A DNA stretch of 64,000 nt. It comes from a virus. Under the pieces are notes generated by a model that did not search any database, was not told where the DNA came from, and was given only the letters and a program-made list of their open reading frames with translations. Location: the IMG/VR virus record IMGVR_UViG_3300045921_000463, positions 16,457-80,456 of that record. The stretch is one strand, 5' to 3'. Both the position numbers and the translations under genes were made by a program. The first letter of the stretch is position 1. Each line of letters starts with the position of its first letter. This document shows positions 37,790 to 48,219 of the stretch, in pieces.

Positions 37790-40700
37790 TATCTAACCAT
37801 TCTGTTAAGGTCCGCCATGATCTGTGCGCGGCTTTGCCGAAAACTTTCTGGATTCGGAGACTGTACATTGAAAACGACGGTCTGCGGCTGTCTGCTCGAA
37901 GTTAACAATTCCTTCAATATTGCGGCAGTGTCCGACCGTCCGATTACTTGTGCTGGTCCGGTTACAATCTCCGGGCCGCGCTCGCCAACGATTCCGAACC
38001 GGTTCCTGCCGATGGTGCCGCCATTGTCATAGAACCCCGAAAAAGCTCTGAACAGACCACCAAACAGAGTTCTGAAAAGGCTTCTGCCCGCACCTGCGGG
38101 TTGTGTGCCTTGCATGGCGAGATTCAATACCTGTCCGAACTGAGTTCCAAAATCATTCAATAGCTGAATCAGGTTTTGCAGAAAATCATTGAATACCTGA
38201 GACATTCCTTGAACAAGCTGGTTCAGGGCATCGCTGATCGCTATAACATGTTCTTGGAACGGCCCGGCGTATTGCGGCGCTGCGGCTGCTGCTGTTACGC
38301 CGCTGCCTGCGGGAATGCCGAAGATGCTGCCGAAAATTCTTGCGAATATCCCGGCACCGACCTGTGCGGCACCGGCACCTACAGGCGATACGCCTGCGGC
38401 AGTCCCGGATGCCATCATGCTAGACAAAGACATTGCAAACTCTTGTAGAATTCGTCTTGTAGCGTTCGTTATAAGCTCTCTGGTTGCATTAAGGAAAGTT
38501 TCTCTTAGCATTTCGAGGAAATCGCCTTGACCTGTAATCCAGCGTCCAACGGCATCCGACAAGCCGTCGAGTATGGTGACGCTATACTGCGCAACGTTAT
38601 CTACCGTAGTGAGCAGGTCACGCTGATACTGCAACAATCCGGCCTGTATGCCTAGGAACACACGCTGCGACTCGCGATTTACTGTCATGGACAAGTTGCG
38701 CAACTGGTCTATCTGCATATCTATAGCGCGATTGCGACGTTCGACCATTGCGGTGAATGTCTGTGTATAGGCAATCTCCGCGTCTCGCGCTGCCTCGACT
38801 TCTCTGATTATTTCCCGATATGCTTCCGCAAGTCTGTTCAATTCGAGGGGTTGTCCCTCGAAACGTTTGTTCAGGTCTTCGAGTTCGCGTTGCAGCCTTA
38901 TGATCTGATATTCGTAACGACTGCGAATGTCGGCAACATCCAGTTCCAGCAGTATATCGACCCGAGTTCGAATATCGAATACCCCGGATTCAAGTTGTGC
39001 ACGCTGAGCTTGCCTGCGTATACTCTCTATTTCTCTAAGCGCATCCTCGAATTGGCGGCGAGCGCGCTTGGCTTCTTCTGCGGGGTCTCTGCCCCTACCC
39101 CCGCTGTTGCGACGGTTGAAACGATCTGTTGCAACCGTCGTTTGCGCTTCAAGTGCGGCTATCCCTGCGTTGATTGCATCTACGAGGTTTCGAGACGATT
39201 CTTCCAACGATTGGCGTATCTGATCCGCTACGTTATCAGTGATTGCGCCTGCTTGAAGCATTTCTGCAAGAATGGCATTAACAAGTAGCAGGTACTCGTT
39301 TCGTCTTGTTTCTGCAAAGGCAAATATGTCTTCGTAGCTCACACCGGCATCGACCATTTCTTCGATGGCTTCGGCAAACCCGGTAAACGACAATGCCTCG
39401 CCAAGCGAGAGACCGGCAGCATCAAGGGTCAGATTGAGTGCTCTTGCAATTTCACCAGCGTCGATGCCTAGACGCCTGTTGAACAGGTTTATTTCTCCAA
39501 AGGCGGCCTGAATGCCCTTGGATTGTTCGTTCACCACGTCCCTTACGATAGAAATAAGTCTGGAATTCTCGGAAAGACGAATAGAGCGAAGTTCTGTTTC
39601 AAGGTCTTCTGTAGCAGATGCCTGCGCTCTTGCAATCTGCAAGGCGAGTTCCCTCGCTCTGTCTCTTGCGGCAGCCCTTACTTCTGAAAAGTTCAATGCA
39701 AGCTGATTGATTTGATTGGCGGTAAGGTCGATCAGGCCGTCTCTGATCTGCTGAGGAATGGTTTGATCACGCCGCAGCCGTTCGAATACATCGCCTATTT
39801 GAAGAAACCCGGTTTCCCCGCTCTCAAAAGCTTCGATCAAGCCTTGTACGAGCGCGTTCTGGTTTTCCCGAAGATACGCGATTACAGATTCGCGCGCATC
39901 TTCCCGTATGAATCTGCGAGCCTCAGGAGAACGCTCGGTGATGATGTCGTCGAAAAACTGGTTATAGCCTAGAGTCAGATTGTTAAGAGCATTGGCAAGC
40001 TCGGTATCGGCTTGCTGTACAAGAGTCTCAAGTTCTTCCATACGCTGTTGTCGGGCTGCGACAGCCGCTGCAAATACAGGATCACGCAACGCATCGCTTT
40101 GACGATCAAAACTTTGTCGAAGTCTATCGAGTTCTTCGACAAGTTGACTTTCCTGATTCTCTAGAGAATTTAGCTGAGACCTTCTTTCTTCGGTAAAGGT
40201 TCCCCCCTCCGACAGCAATCCGAATATGCTGTTACGAACATCTTGAAGGTTTTGTTCCACCTCTCTTATAGCGTTTCGGAAATTGGCAACAGGCATCCTG
40301 AAATCAGAGAAATTGGTCGAAAGCTCCGCGCGAAGATTTTCCAACTCGTCAATCAGAATTTGCCGTTCTTCCCTGATGGAATTACGCAAGACAGAGATAG
40401 TAGCGTTCGAAAGATCGAGACCGGAACCCGGTCTGCCAGCGTAGAGGTTGTATGCGGCTTGCAGATCAAACTGCGCTGTTTCTATGCGCCGTCGAGAATC
40501 CGCCAGATTCATCAGGTTATTAAGCCTGACAAGATCATCGTAGGCGCCTTGCAGCGCCTCTCTGGAAGCTTCGCGGTTTTCCCGCCACCGCCTTGTGAGT
40601 TCGACAACACCCCAAATTACGCCACCCACTCCAAGCAGGGCAAGACCTATTGCGCCAAAACCCGTTGCTGTAGCAACTGCGGCAGCCTTGGCCGTACCAA

Positions 40701-42069
40701 GGGCAGAAACAAAGGAGAGCAGGCGCGGCAATGCCGCCATTATGTTGAAACCGATAGCCTGAATAAATCCGATGAAGTTCAGACTCATGACACCCATAAT
40801 GGCCGTTCTTGTAGCTCCGAGAGCGCCGACCAGTACGGTTGTGGATGTAACCAGAGAAAAGACCGCCGCAACAGCCCTTGCAATAAAAGACACCAAGCCA
40901 AGAATGGAAACTCCAATGGACTTGATTATCGTGAAGGCAACCGTGGCTATCGCCACATAGGCGACCCACCGCACGATGTTTTCTCTTGTTGCTTCATCAA
41001 GTTCTCTAAATGCAACAACAGCATAACGAACATATCCGACAAATTCCTGAATAACACCGGCACCGGCTCGACCTATTTCGATAAAGAAATCGTTGATAGC
41101 GTTTCGTGCCAGATTCATGGCACCATCGAACGTATTCAACTGCCTGACAAAAAGTTCGAACGCCCGGTTTGTTCCGGTAATGGATTCTCTCATGCGATCA
41201 AGCGAGCCGGACATGGCAGCCTCGATCAAGGCAATACCGCCTGCAACGCCCTCGACACCGAAAATGACGGAAAGATCGGACGTGGAGAGTCCGGCTCTTC
41301 CCAAATCTATGAGTATGTCTCTCAGATTTCGCAGCGAACCGTCTGCCTCGACAGTCTGTATGTTGAATTGGCGCATCAAGTCCCGTGCGGTACCAACCGG
41401 GCGGGCAAGACGAACATAGAGGTTGCGAAGCTGGGTACCGGCCTGCTCGCCTCGCAGACCTATGTTGTAAAGCTCGGCAAGCTGTGCGGTAACGTCTTCA
41501 AGACTTGCGCCCATTGCAGCCGCAGCAGGAGCCACCTGACGCATCGAGAAAGCGATCTTGTCCAGAGTCGCTTGCGAGTTGGTAATTGCGGCTGCAAACA
41601 CGTTTGAGAGGCGTGTGGTATCTGCGGCTTCGAGGCCAAAGGCCCTGATGTTGGAAGCAACGACATCCGCAGTAAAAGCCACGTCCATGAGGGTAGACTG
41701 CGAAAGCAGCAGCACGCCGTTCATGGCAGCCAGGGATTCTTCGACACTGAAACCTGCGGATGCCAGAAAATAAAGAGCCGAAGCCGCTTCTGTAGCTGAC
41801 GTAGAAGTAGCAAGTGCAAACTGCCGAACCGCCTGTTCCATCTGGCGAAACTGCTCGGCGGTTCCGCCAGCGACGGAGTTTGTCAGCACAAGCTGACGTT
41901 CGAACTCGCGAAAAACGCTTACTGTCTGCCCAAAAAGCGTAGCACCGGATACAAGCGAGGCAAAGTTGAAAACTGCCTGTTGCAGTTGTTCATTGAGCGA
42001 ACTGAACTGGTTAAAGCCCTGACCCGCGTTCCGACCCGCGTTCCGACCTGTGCTACCGGCCATAGTCAA
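37789..42069 (-). CDS. Tape measure protein
   Basis: 1426 aa, TP901-type core (LASAGFS, GEQAGTQLRN), long helical region, GIVGERGPE and FRQSRAQI C-terminus. Confidence 0.93.
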   Translation of the reverse strand: MTMAGSTGRNAGRNAGQGFNQFSSLNEQLQQAVFNFASLVSGATLFGQTVSVFREFERQLVLTNSVAGGTAEQFRQMEQAVRQFALATSTSATEAASALYFLASAGFSVEESLAAMNGVLLLSQSTLMDVAFTADVVASNIRAFGLEAADTTRLSNVFAAAITNSQATLDKIAFSMRQVAPAAAAMGASLEDVTAQLAELYNIGLRGEQAGTQLRNLYVRLARPVGTARDLMRQFNIQTVEADGSLRNLRDILIDLGRAGLSTSDLSVIFGVEGVAGGIALIEAAMSGSLDRMRESITGTNRAFELFVRQLNTFDGAMNLARNAINDFFIEIGRAGAGVIQEFVGYVRYAVVAFRELDEATRENIVRWVAYVAIATVAFTIIKSIGVSILGLVSFIARAVAAVFSLVTSTTVLVGALGATRTAIMGVMSLNFIGFIQAIGFNIMAALPRLLSFVSALGTAKAAAVATATGFGAIGLALLGVGGVIWGVVELTRRWRENREASREALQGAYDDLVRLNNLMNLADSRRRIETAQFDLQAAYNLYAGRPGSGLDLSNATISVLRNSIREERQILIDELENLRAELSTNFSDFRMPVANFRNAIREVEQNLQDVRNSIFGLLSEGGTFTEERRSQLNSLENQESQLVEELDRLRQSFDRQSDALRDPVFAAAVAARQQRMEELETLVQQADTELANALNNLTLGYNQFFDDIITERSPEARRFIREDARESVIAYLRENQNALVQGLIEAFESGETGFLQIGDVFERLRRDQTIPQQIRDGLIDLTANQINQLALNFSEVRAAARDRARELALQIARAQASATEDLETELRSIRLSENSRLISIVRDVVNEQSKGIQAAFGEINLFNRRLGIDAGEIARALNLTLDAAGLSLGEALSFTGFAEAIEEMVDAGVSYEDIFAFAETRRNEYLLLVNAILAEMLQAGAITDNVADQIRQSLEESSRNLVDAINAGIAALEAQTTVATDRFNRRNSGGRGRDPAEEAKRARRQFEDALREIESIRRQAQRAQLESGVFDIRTRVDILLELDVADIRSRYEYQIIRLQRELEDLNKRFEGQPLELNRLAEAYREIIREVEAARDAEIAYTQTFTAMVERRNRAIDMQIDQLRNLSMTVNRESQRVFLGIQAGLLQYQRDLLTTVDNVAQYSVTILDGLSDAVGRWITGQGDFLEMLRETFLNATRELITNATRRILQEFAMSLSSMMASGTAAGVSPVGAGAAQVGAGIFARIFGSIFGIPAGSGVTAAAAAPQYAGPFQEHVIAISDALNQLVQGMSQVFNDFLQNLIQLLNDFGTQFGQVLNLAMQGTQPAGAGRSLFRTLFGGLFRAFSGFYDNGGTIGRNRFGIVGERGPEIVTGPAQVIGRSDTAAILKELLTSSRQPQTVVFNVQSPNPESFRQSRAQIMADLNRMVR

Positions 42070-42557
42070 CCTCTCCCAAGTATCCTTGTCGGTTTTCTGG
42101 GTACATGTACCGGAGCCTGTGCATCTGGATTTACAACCTTTGGATCAATCATGCCCTGATTGTCCACATAGGCTTCGGTAGGAGAAATTCGTGACCCGAC
42201 TTTTCGTTTTTCGTTTTCCTGCAACTCTCTTTCGGCGTTGATCTTCAAACCAACCATCGCCATTATTGCAGGATAAAGGCAGGGTTGCGAACCTAGACCT
42301 CCGGGTTCTGGAAGTATACCCTTGTCATAGGCACTGTAGGCGATGCTTACTTCATTCCACCAAAAACCGCCATCTTCCTTGATCGGATAGAGCGGGCATA
42401 TGTCATCCCACTCTCCGTTGGCATGTTTCCAGTACCGGCCCTTGCTGCTGCTTACGCCGCATCCTCGTTCTCTTTGCTGCCGCTCGTCACAGCTTTTACA
42501 AGACCATCCAGAGAAGGCGGGTCTGAGGGTTGCCGCAACAGCCCTTCCAACTTTTTT
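42066..42557 (-). CDS. Tail assembly chaperone -1 frameshift extension (gpT-like)
   Basis: The -1 frame is open from A-AAA-AAG at 42557-42551 to the stop at 42066; encodes CKSC..C..CP and GILPEPGGLGSQP. Confidence 0.8.
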   Translation of the reverse strand, partial: KKVGRAVAATLRPAFSGWSCKSCDERQQRERGCGVSSSKGRYWKHANGEWDDICPLYPIKEDGGFWWNEVSIAYSAYDKGILPEPGGLGSQPCLYPAIMAMVGLKINAERELQENEKRKVGSRISPTEAYVDNQGMIDPKVVNPDAQAPVHVPRKPTRILGRG

Positions 42558-43075
42558 TCGAGTTCGCTGGTCACTCCATTGATACGCAGGATTTCACCGG
42601 CAAGTTCGCGCACCACGTCGATATGCAGCATGTTGAGCGATTTTTCCGAAACAACCTTGCGTGGCTGTCCTGTTTCAGAAACGCCGGGAACAATTTCAAA
42701 CGGAATTTGGTTGCCGTTTTCGTCGAGATAGTTTTCCCATCCGAGTAGGGCGCGTTTCACACACTCGTACATGCGCAATGTGTTCTGGTTTTTCATTCGC
42801 ATGTTGCCTTCTCTGGTCTGCTCGATATTGCCGAGAAGGTCCGAAAGGAAAATCTTGTCGCTGTGGGCAAGGTTTCCGAGAATAAAGACAGTGGGTTCAC
42901 CTGCTTCGTTGCGAACGGCGATTTCTACAGCCATGCGCTCCTGTTCGCCGATTTTATTGCCACCAATAGCGGCAAGACGTTTTTCGACCTCTGCTGAAAT
43001 ATTGTCAGGATGTGCAGGGTCATCCTTGAGAATGTAACGATGGCGCTCGGCCATCGAAAGTCCGCGAACTGCCAT
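42452..43075 (-). CDS. Tail assembly chaperone (gpG-like)
   Basis: Between tail tube and tape measure; LLGWENYLD; slippery site near the 3' end. Confidence 0.85.
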   Translation of the reverse strand: MAVRGLSMAERHRYILKDDPAHPDNISAEVEKRLAAIGGNKIGEQERMAVEIAVRNEAGEPTVFILGNLAHSDKIFLSDLLGNIEQTREGNMRMKNQNTLRMYECVKRALLGWENYLDENGNQIPFEIVPGVSETGQPRKVVSEKSLNMLHIDVVRELAGEILRINGVTSELEKKLEGLLRQPSDPPSLDGLVKAVTSGSKENEDAA

Positions 43076-43098
43076 AAGTGCTTCCTTTCCCGATGCTG

Positions 43099-43272
43099 CT
43101 ATGGCGTTTCCTTGTCGGCTTGTAGCTTTATGACCTCTGCTCCTTCATAGCGAGCCGCGATTGTTTCGGCTGCCAGACGAGTGAGCTTCACATCAACTAC
43201 GACGACATACTCTACCCCATCTTCCCTGTATTGTCCAGTTCTTTGCCTGACAAGATAGACGGGTATTTTCAT
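43099..43272 (-). CDS. Small hypothetical protein (start MKIPVY)
   Basis: Fills the gap between tube terminator and chaperone. Confidence 0.55.
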   Translation of the reverse strand: MKIPVYLVRQRTGQYREDGVEYVVVVDVKLTRLAAETIAARYEGAEVIKLQADKETP

Positions 43273-43290
43273 CGCTTGTAACCCGGTTAT

Positions 43291-43323
43291 AAGAGAAAGG
43301 CGGCGCAATTCTGTGCGCCGCCT
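43291..43323 (-). terminator. Terminator-like hairpin after the tail tube gene
   Basis: AGGCGGCGCA/TGCGCCGCCT stem followed by TTCTCTT. Confidence 0.6.
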
Positions 43324-43359
43324 CGTTCCATCGTTGTACTACATCTCCGAAAACCGGTA

Positions 43360-44937
43360 TCAGGTGATCGGGAAGGCGATTCTCAATTCGTCGTCGCCAA
43401 AAGGCGATACGGCGTTCAACCGAAAAGTTGGTTCCATAACCTGCGAACGGTTTCTGTCGGATAGGGAAATGCCGGTATAGGTAGTGTTGTCCATGTAGAA
43501 CCTGACCATGTTGTTAAGCTGCGTTCCAACACGAAGATGAAGCGGTACTTCTTCGCCGCTTGAAAAGTCGCCCCACATGTTGGTGTATACTTCAAGCGTA
43601 CCTTCGGGGTTGACGGTTGCAGTGGGCGAGCGACCGGAAACCTGAGAGCCGGAGTACCCGTCTGCGGCATTCATGCACAAGCGTTCGTTGATTTCGTTCG
43701 CATATGTGATCGTAAAGCTTTCGGCACAGAAATCCGAATCTCCACGAATCGACATTTGCGCCAATTCCACTTTTGGCGGACGCGACAGTTCGTACCGCAA
43801 GTTCGGAGGAAGCGGCTGTTGCTCAGGCGGGTTATAGTTTCCGGTAAACTCGAATTGCGCAGAACCGTATTCTCCTGCGGTTCCGTTGAAGGTAACGGTG
43901 CCGAGAGCCGCAGTGCAGCGATACATTTGCCCGTCGATATAGACATGAATTGTCATCGTCGGCGTTTCTTCGCTGTCCGAGGTCGGGCGATACATGTACC
44001 CGGTTTCGTAAAGCTGGACAATCCACATCTGACCCTTTACGAGGCTTCCGGTCCACGTCATTGTCAACTGCGCGCCGGAATCTCCGAGAGGAATCTGTGT
44101 AGTGCCCGAGGTGACGGTAACAGGTGCCGCATTGCTGGCAAACGTCACAGTCACGACGTTGCTCGAAGCTGATGCAACCAACAAGGGATGCGGGTTGATC
44201 AACGCGGCAAGAGCCGTTGCAACGGCCTGATCCGGGTTGGGATCGCCTGCCATCGCCGCTGTCACACGAAGGCGGAACACATTACCTCCAACTACTGCGT
44301 AAAGCGTATCGCCCTCGGTGACGGTGCCGCCTACGGTAAAGGTGAGCGAAGTTTCGTTGGACATGTTCAGCGTCAGTGTAGTCTGCGCGTAGTAGTTTGT
44401 AACCGCTTCGTGCCTTGTATTCATCAGGACGGTGTTATCGGTGTCTGCCTGATTCCAGCGGAAAACCTGGACCTGAGCCGTTCCGGAAACACCGCCAGTA
44501 ACAACTCTGAGGAGGTAGGAACCGAAGCGTTGCGTAGGTGCAGCAGTCTTTCCGAACGTAACACTCGGGCCATTGATCGTCCCTGCGATGATCGGGTTTT
44601 CGATCTGGTTGGCAGGACCAGCCGTGACAAGCGTTTCGCGCATCATGCAGCCGTTGAGCAGGGTGCCCAACTTGGGGCGAGTTGCAGAATTGCCGCTGCC
44701 CTTGATTTCATGCGTAAAGGAAACCTTCATTACTTTGCGACCAACCACAGCCGGAGTCGCCGAAAACGAAGGCCGGTAGATGTCGCGCTCAAGAAGCTGT
44801 GGTTCAAGGCCGATTTCGACGTTGCCGCAGAGAAATGCATCAACAAGCGGATCGGGTGCCGAATCGACACCGCGAACAGCTTCGGGTTTGACCAGTACCG
44901 CTGTACGTTCGATAAAAACACGAGGTCCGTTGCTCAT
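43360..44937 (-). CDS. Major tail tube protein with inserted domain
   Basis: 525 aa, beta-rich, upstream of the chaperone, own terminator. Confidence 0.8.
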   Translation of the reverse strand: MSNGPRVFIERTAVLVKPEAVRGVDSAPDPLVDAFLCGNVEIGLEPQLLERDIYRPSFSATPAVVGRKVMKVSFTHEIKGSGNSATRPKLGTLLNGCMMRETLVTAGPANQIENPIIAGTINGPSVTFGKTAAPTQRFGSYLLRVVTGGVSGTAQVQVFRWNQADTDNTVLMNTRHEAVTNYYAQTTLTLNMSNETSLTFTVGGTVTEGDTLYAVVGGNVFRLRVTAAMAGDPNPDQAVATALAALINPHPLLVASASSNVVTVTFASNAAPVTVTSGTTQIPLGDSGAQLTMTWTGSLVKGQMWIVQLYETGYMYRPTSDSEETPTMTIHVYIDGQMYRCTAALGTVTFNGTAGEYGSAQFEFTGNYNPPEQQPLPPNLRYELSRPPKVELAQMSIRGDSDFCAESFTITYANEINERLCMNAADGYSGSQVSGRSPTATVNPEGTLEVYTNMWGDFSSGEEVPLHLRVGTQLNNMVRFYMDNTTYTGISLSDRNRSQVMEPTFRLNAVSPFGDDELRIAFPIT

Positions 44938-44957
44938 GGTCGATTCCTTTCAATGGG

Positions 44958-45464
44958 TCAGCCGGGATCGCCTGCACGTCTGTAAGGATCGTGTCTGGCG
45001 TGTTCGTATTCAACTACAAAGACAACTGTGCCACCGGGGTAGGCATCCTTCGTGTTCAGGATGCGATGGGCGTTGCTGTCTTCTCTTATGTCGCGCAGAT
45101 GAGGGTACTGATCGTGGTTTTCATGTAACGATAGAAAGGCAAACTGTATCAAGCCCAGATAATACTTGAATACATCCAGTTCATCAACCCCCTTGGGAGC
45201 GTTAAAGCGAAAATGAACAAATACAGGTAGCTCCTTTATTGTGCAACCGCCGTACATTTCTATGTTGTTTTCCGTACCCTCGTCCAGTGAAGCAAAAGGT
45301 GCACCTCTGTTATCGAGGTCTTCAATATCTCCGACATAGACTTTTTGCCACACCGGAACCGGAGGGTTTCCGTCTGTCATGTTTTCCAGAGTTGATTTCA
45401 ACCCGTCGATTATCTGTTGTCTTAAAGTTCGACCGCGTACTGATGTTGTAATTGTGGTGGTCAT
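44958..45464 (-). CDS. Tail terminator-like protein
   Basis: RQQIIDGLK..L start, VEYEH end; synteny. Confidence 0.6.
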   Translation of the reverse strand: MTTTITTSVRGRTLRQQIIDGLKSTLENMTDGNPPVPVWQKVYVGDIEDLDNRGAPFASLDEGTENNIEMYGGCTIKELPVFVHFRFNAPKGVDELDVFKYYLGLIQFAFLSLHENHDQYPHLRDIREDSNAHRILNTKDAYPGGTVVFVVEYEHARHDPYRRAGDPG

Positions 45465-46129
45465 GTGAAAGAACCTCCGCCTTTAACATAGGCATCATTC
45501 ACAAGCGAAACGCCAAGATTGCTTATGACGATATTCCCCCATTCAGTTGCAAGCGAGGGTAACTGGTTGTTCCATGCGTTCTGCGCCCACCCCTTGTGCT
45601 TGCGAAGCTGCACCTGATCAAGCAGCAGATATAGTACGGAAACCTTGCCGGAAGCGGTTTTTCTTGCGATATACAACTGCCCGGTTCTTTTGGATTTGTA
45701 TACGAAGCTGCCGAGCATCTTCCAACTGCGCGCACTAGGAAGTTTTGGTGTGCCGTCTGCCCGCAAACCATCGAACACAGGTACGGTAAGGTATTTCGAA
45801 TTTACGGGGGTTATGGTTGAACCGCGATCTTGAGCTATGAGATACAAAGGAGCCGTTATATGACCCCTGAGATAGCGAATTCCGGTGCCGAACGCTTGCG
45901 CCCTTTTCCTTACCATTGCATACCCCCTTCCAGTCCTTTTTGGAAAGGAGCCGTCCTGATATGCGTTGTCCATCGCTTCATTTAGCGCATTTCTCAACGC
46001 TTCTCGCATCTGTCGCGCAATTACAGTCTGCAACTTGCGAGTAACAGGAGACCTCGAAAGGGCAGACATCAGACCTGACGCCTCGCGCCCCAGGTCAACG
46101 TCAAGAAGTCTGGCGCGGCGCGAAGCCAT
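45461..46129 (-). CDS. Neck / tail completion protein
   Basis: PKRTG, G.TITP...KYLTVP; synteny. Confidence 0.55.
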   Translation of the reverse strand: MASRRARLLDVDLGREASGLMSALSRSPVTRKLQTVIARQMREALRNALNEAMDNAYQDGSFPKRTGRGYAMVRKRAQAFGTGIRYLRGHITAPLYLIAQDRGSTITPVNSKYLTVPVFDGLRADGTPKLPSARSWKMLGSFVYKSKRTGQLYIARKTASGKVSVLYLLLDQVQLRKHKGWAQNAWNNQLPSLATEWGNIVISNLGVSLVNDAYVKGGGSFT

Positions 46130-46773
46130 CAGAACCCCGTCAACGAACGCACATGAGGAGAAATCAGGCCGTGAACTTCACGGATAAACCCCGATCCTAG
46201 TATATCGAACGTCTTTCCGCCTGACTTGTCCTGATGGCGAGAAAAACCGATGGTTTCGTTTTTGGCGCGCGAGAACATGAAAGCCGCCTGCATTGCGCAG
46301 GCTTCGCGTATATCCTGACTGGCTAAAAAAAGGTCTGGATCGTTAGGGTCGGTTTCAAACCCTGCGTAATATTCTATTTTCAGTGCACGCGGCATTTGCG
46401 GAGCGTTATGCAATAACAAGGTTATAGAGTGGCTGTGCTCATCGACCGCGAAATCGGATGGTTCGAAAACCAGATTCGAATGTATGGCAGACAAAGGCTC
46501 GTAGGTAATGACGGGTCTTGGTGTCGAACGCAGCGGGCGTTCCCTTGTAAATATCTTTTGCAGGCGCCGCTCTGGTTGAATTTGCCAGTTTATATTGGAA
46601 ATATCAACGAAATCCACATATTTTCCGTAGAGCCAATTCCTGCGGGTAAATGAAACTATCTTGGCCGTAACCTGCTCGATGAACCTGATGATTTCCTGAT
46701 CGGAACCAGCATATTGCATTGCAACATTGGCATAGGTTTTCACGTCATCGACAGTGCAGAAACGCTTGGCCAT
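46129..46773 (-). CDS. Head-tail adaptor
   Basis: FCTVDDVK, IEYYAGF, DIREAC. Confidence 0.7.
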   Translation of the reverse strand: MAKRFCTVDDVKTYANVAMQYAGSDQEIIRFIEQVTAKIVSFTRRNWLYGKYVDFVDISNINWQIQPERRLQKIFTRERPLRSTPRPVITYEPLSAIHSNLVFEPSDFAVDEHSHSITLLLHNAPQMPRALKIEYYAGFETDPNDPDLFLASQDIREACAMQAAFMFSRAKNETIGFSRHQDKSGGKTFDILGSGFIREVHGLISPHVRSLTGF

Positions 46774-46782
46774 GACTGACTT

Positions 46783-47088
46783 CTAGATTTTTCGGATGGT
46801 TCTACGACCGCGAGACTCGCCAGCGGGTATTCTTTTTCTCTCGGAAGAATCGGATGTAGTCTGCATTGCAACGCCGCGCTCTACCATAAAGATGGGCTTT
46901 TCCACTTCCTCGTCGTCCGAATCCGTTACAATCTCATGAAGTTCCTCGCAGAGACGAATGATGTTTTCGTCGTCAACAAAACGCGGCTTGCCGCGCTCGA
47001 AAGTGTAGGAACCCTTTCTCCTGTCCATCGGATGGACGACGGAATAGTTACGTCCGCGAACAAGAGTGATGGTTGCGCCTTTAGACAT
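46783..47088 (-). CDS. Hypothetical head-associated protein
   Basis: GGAG SD; follows the capsid gene. Confidence 0.6.
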   Translation of the reverse strand: MSKGATITLVRGRNYSVVHPMDRRKGSYTFERGKPRFVDDENIIRLCEELHEIVTDSDDEEVEKPIFMVERGVAMQTTSDSSERKRIPAGESRGRRTIRKI

Positions 47089-47147
47089 CGGTACAATCTC
47101 CGCAATGTGTGATGGTTAGGTTTGAAGTGGTCGAAAAGGATAACTGT

Positions 47148-47176
47148 AAATGCAGGGGCGACAACGCGCCCCTGCT
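47148..47176 (-). terminator. Terminator-like hairpin after the capsid gene
   Basis: GCAGGGGCG/CGCCCCTGC stem. Confidence 0.6.
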
Positions 47177-47191
47177 TGTTATACGGTGTTA

Positions 47192-48187
47192 TCAGGTCGG
47201 AACGTAGAGGCCGAGGTTGTCCACACGAACCACCTGATCTTCCTGTTCGAGCTTGACATCGAAACGCATCGTAACGACGATGATCAGGACACGTTCGCGG
47301 GTATCCTTGTCGTACTCGATCCGCATCTGCCGCTGCATACCCATGATGATGTTTTGCGGATCAATGAGAATTGCCTTGTCGTTCGGCATGTTCGGAACGC
47401 CGACCATAGGAACGCCGAAGGGCGAGAACGGACCCATGCCGCGACCAGTGCCACCGCCCTGACCGCCACCGACAAGAACCGTATCGCCAAGCGCCGTTTG
47501 CCGCATCGCAATCTGCAACATGTAGTCAAGCACCCGCGAATGCGAGGCATACATGCGGAAACGCGGCATCAGTCGCTTGAACTGCACAGGCACAGAATCG
47601 AGAACGGTTTTCATCAAAACCGCATCGAACGGGCCGCCTGCATTGTTCACCACGTTCGAAGATGCCTGACGAAGGATACCGTCACGAATTGACAGGAACG
47701 GGTCTGCCGAAGTCGTGTCGCCGTTGATAACGAGGTCTTCAATATCGATTCTGATACGCTCTGCAAGACGAGACAAAACCGTTTCCTCGAAACGGGTATT
47801 GTCGATCTGACCGCCTTCGATGTTGTCTTCCAGAACCTCGTAGGGAATATTTACCTCGGCAATCGCCTCGAAGGTATTAAGATCGATCTTGCTGGTAGTG
47901 ACCTTGGTACGGTCGATACGCGGCAAGGCCCGCTCGCCGAAGTCGCCGCTGTTCGGCGAACTGATTGCGCCCTGATTGGCCACGCGAAGGGCGCGCTCGG
48001 CAAGATTAAGCTTGTTGATTACCATTTGCGGACGGTTCATGCGAACCATGCGCACTTCGGATAGCATGGGTGCGTCCTCCATCATGATTCGGAGGAACGT
48101 GTTCGATTGTTCGGGCTGCATGTACCCGCCGTTGAACAGATCGGCCAGAGCAATGTCGGCCTTCTGTAGCAGTTGTTTTGTGTTCAT
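47192..48187 (-). CDS. Major capsid protein (HK97 fold); start MNTKQL
   Basis: GGYMQPEQ..F, EVLEDNIEG, DLVINGD, PQNIIMG; AAGGA SD. Confidence 0.9.
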   Translation of the reverse strand: MNTKQLLQKADIALADLFNGGYMQPEQSNTFLRIMMEDAPMLSEVRMVRMNRPQMVINKLNLAERALRVANQGAISSPNSGDFGERALPRIDRTKVTTSKIDLNTFEAIAEVNIPYEVLEDNIEGGQIDNTRFEETVLSRLAERIRIDIEDLVINGDTTSADPFLSIRDGILRQASSNVVNNAGGPFDAVLMKTVLDSVPVQFKRLMPRFRMYASHSRVLDYMLQIAMRQTALGDTVLVGGGQGGGTGRGMGPFSPFGVPMVGVPNMPNDKAILIDPQNIIMGMQRQMRIEYDKDTRERVLIIVVTMRFDVKLEQEDQVVRVDNLGLYVPT

Positions 48188-48219
48188 TTGTGGTTTCCTT
48201 TTCTGGAATCTCAAAGGCT

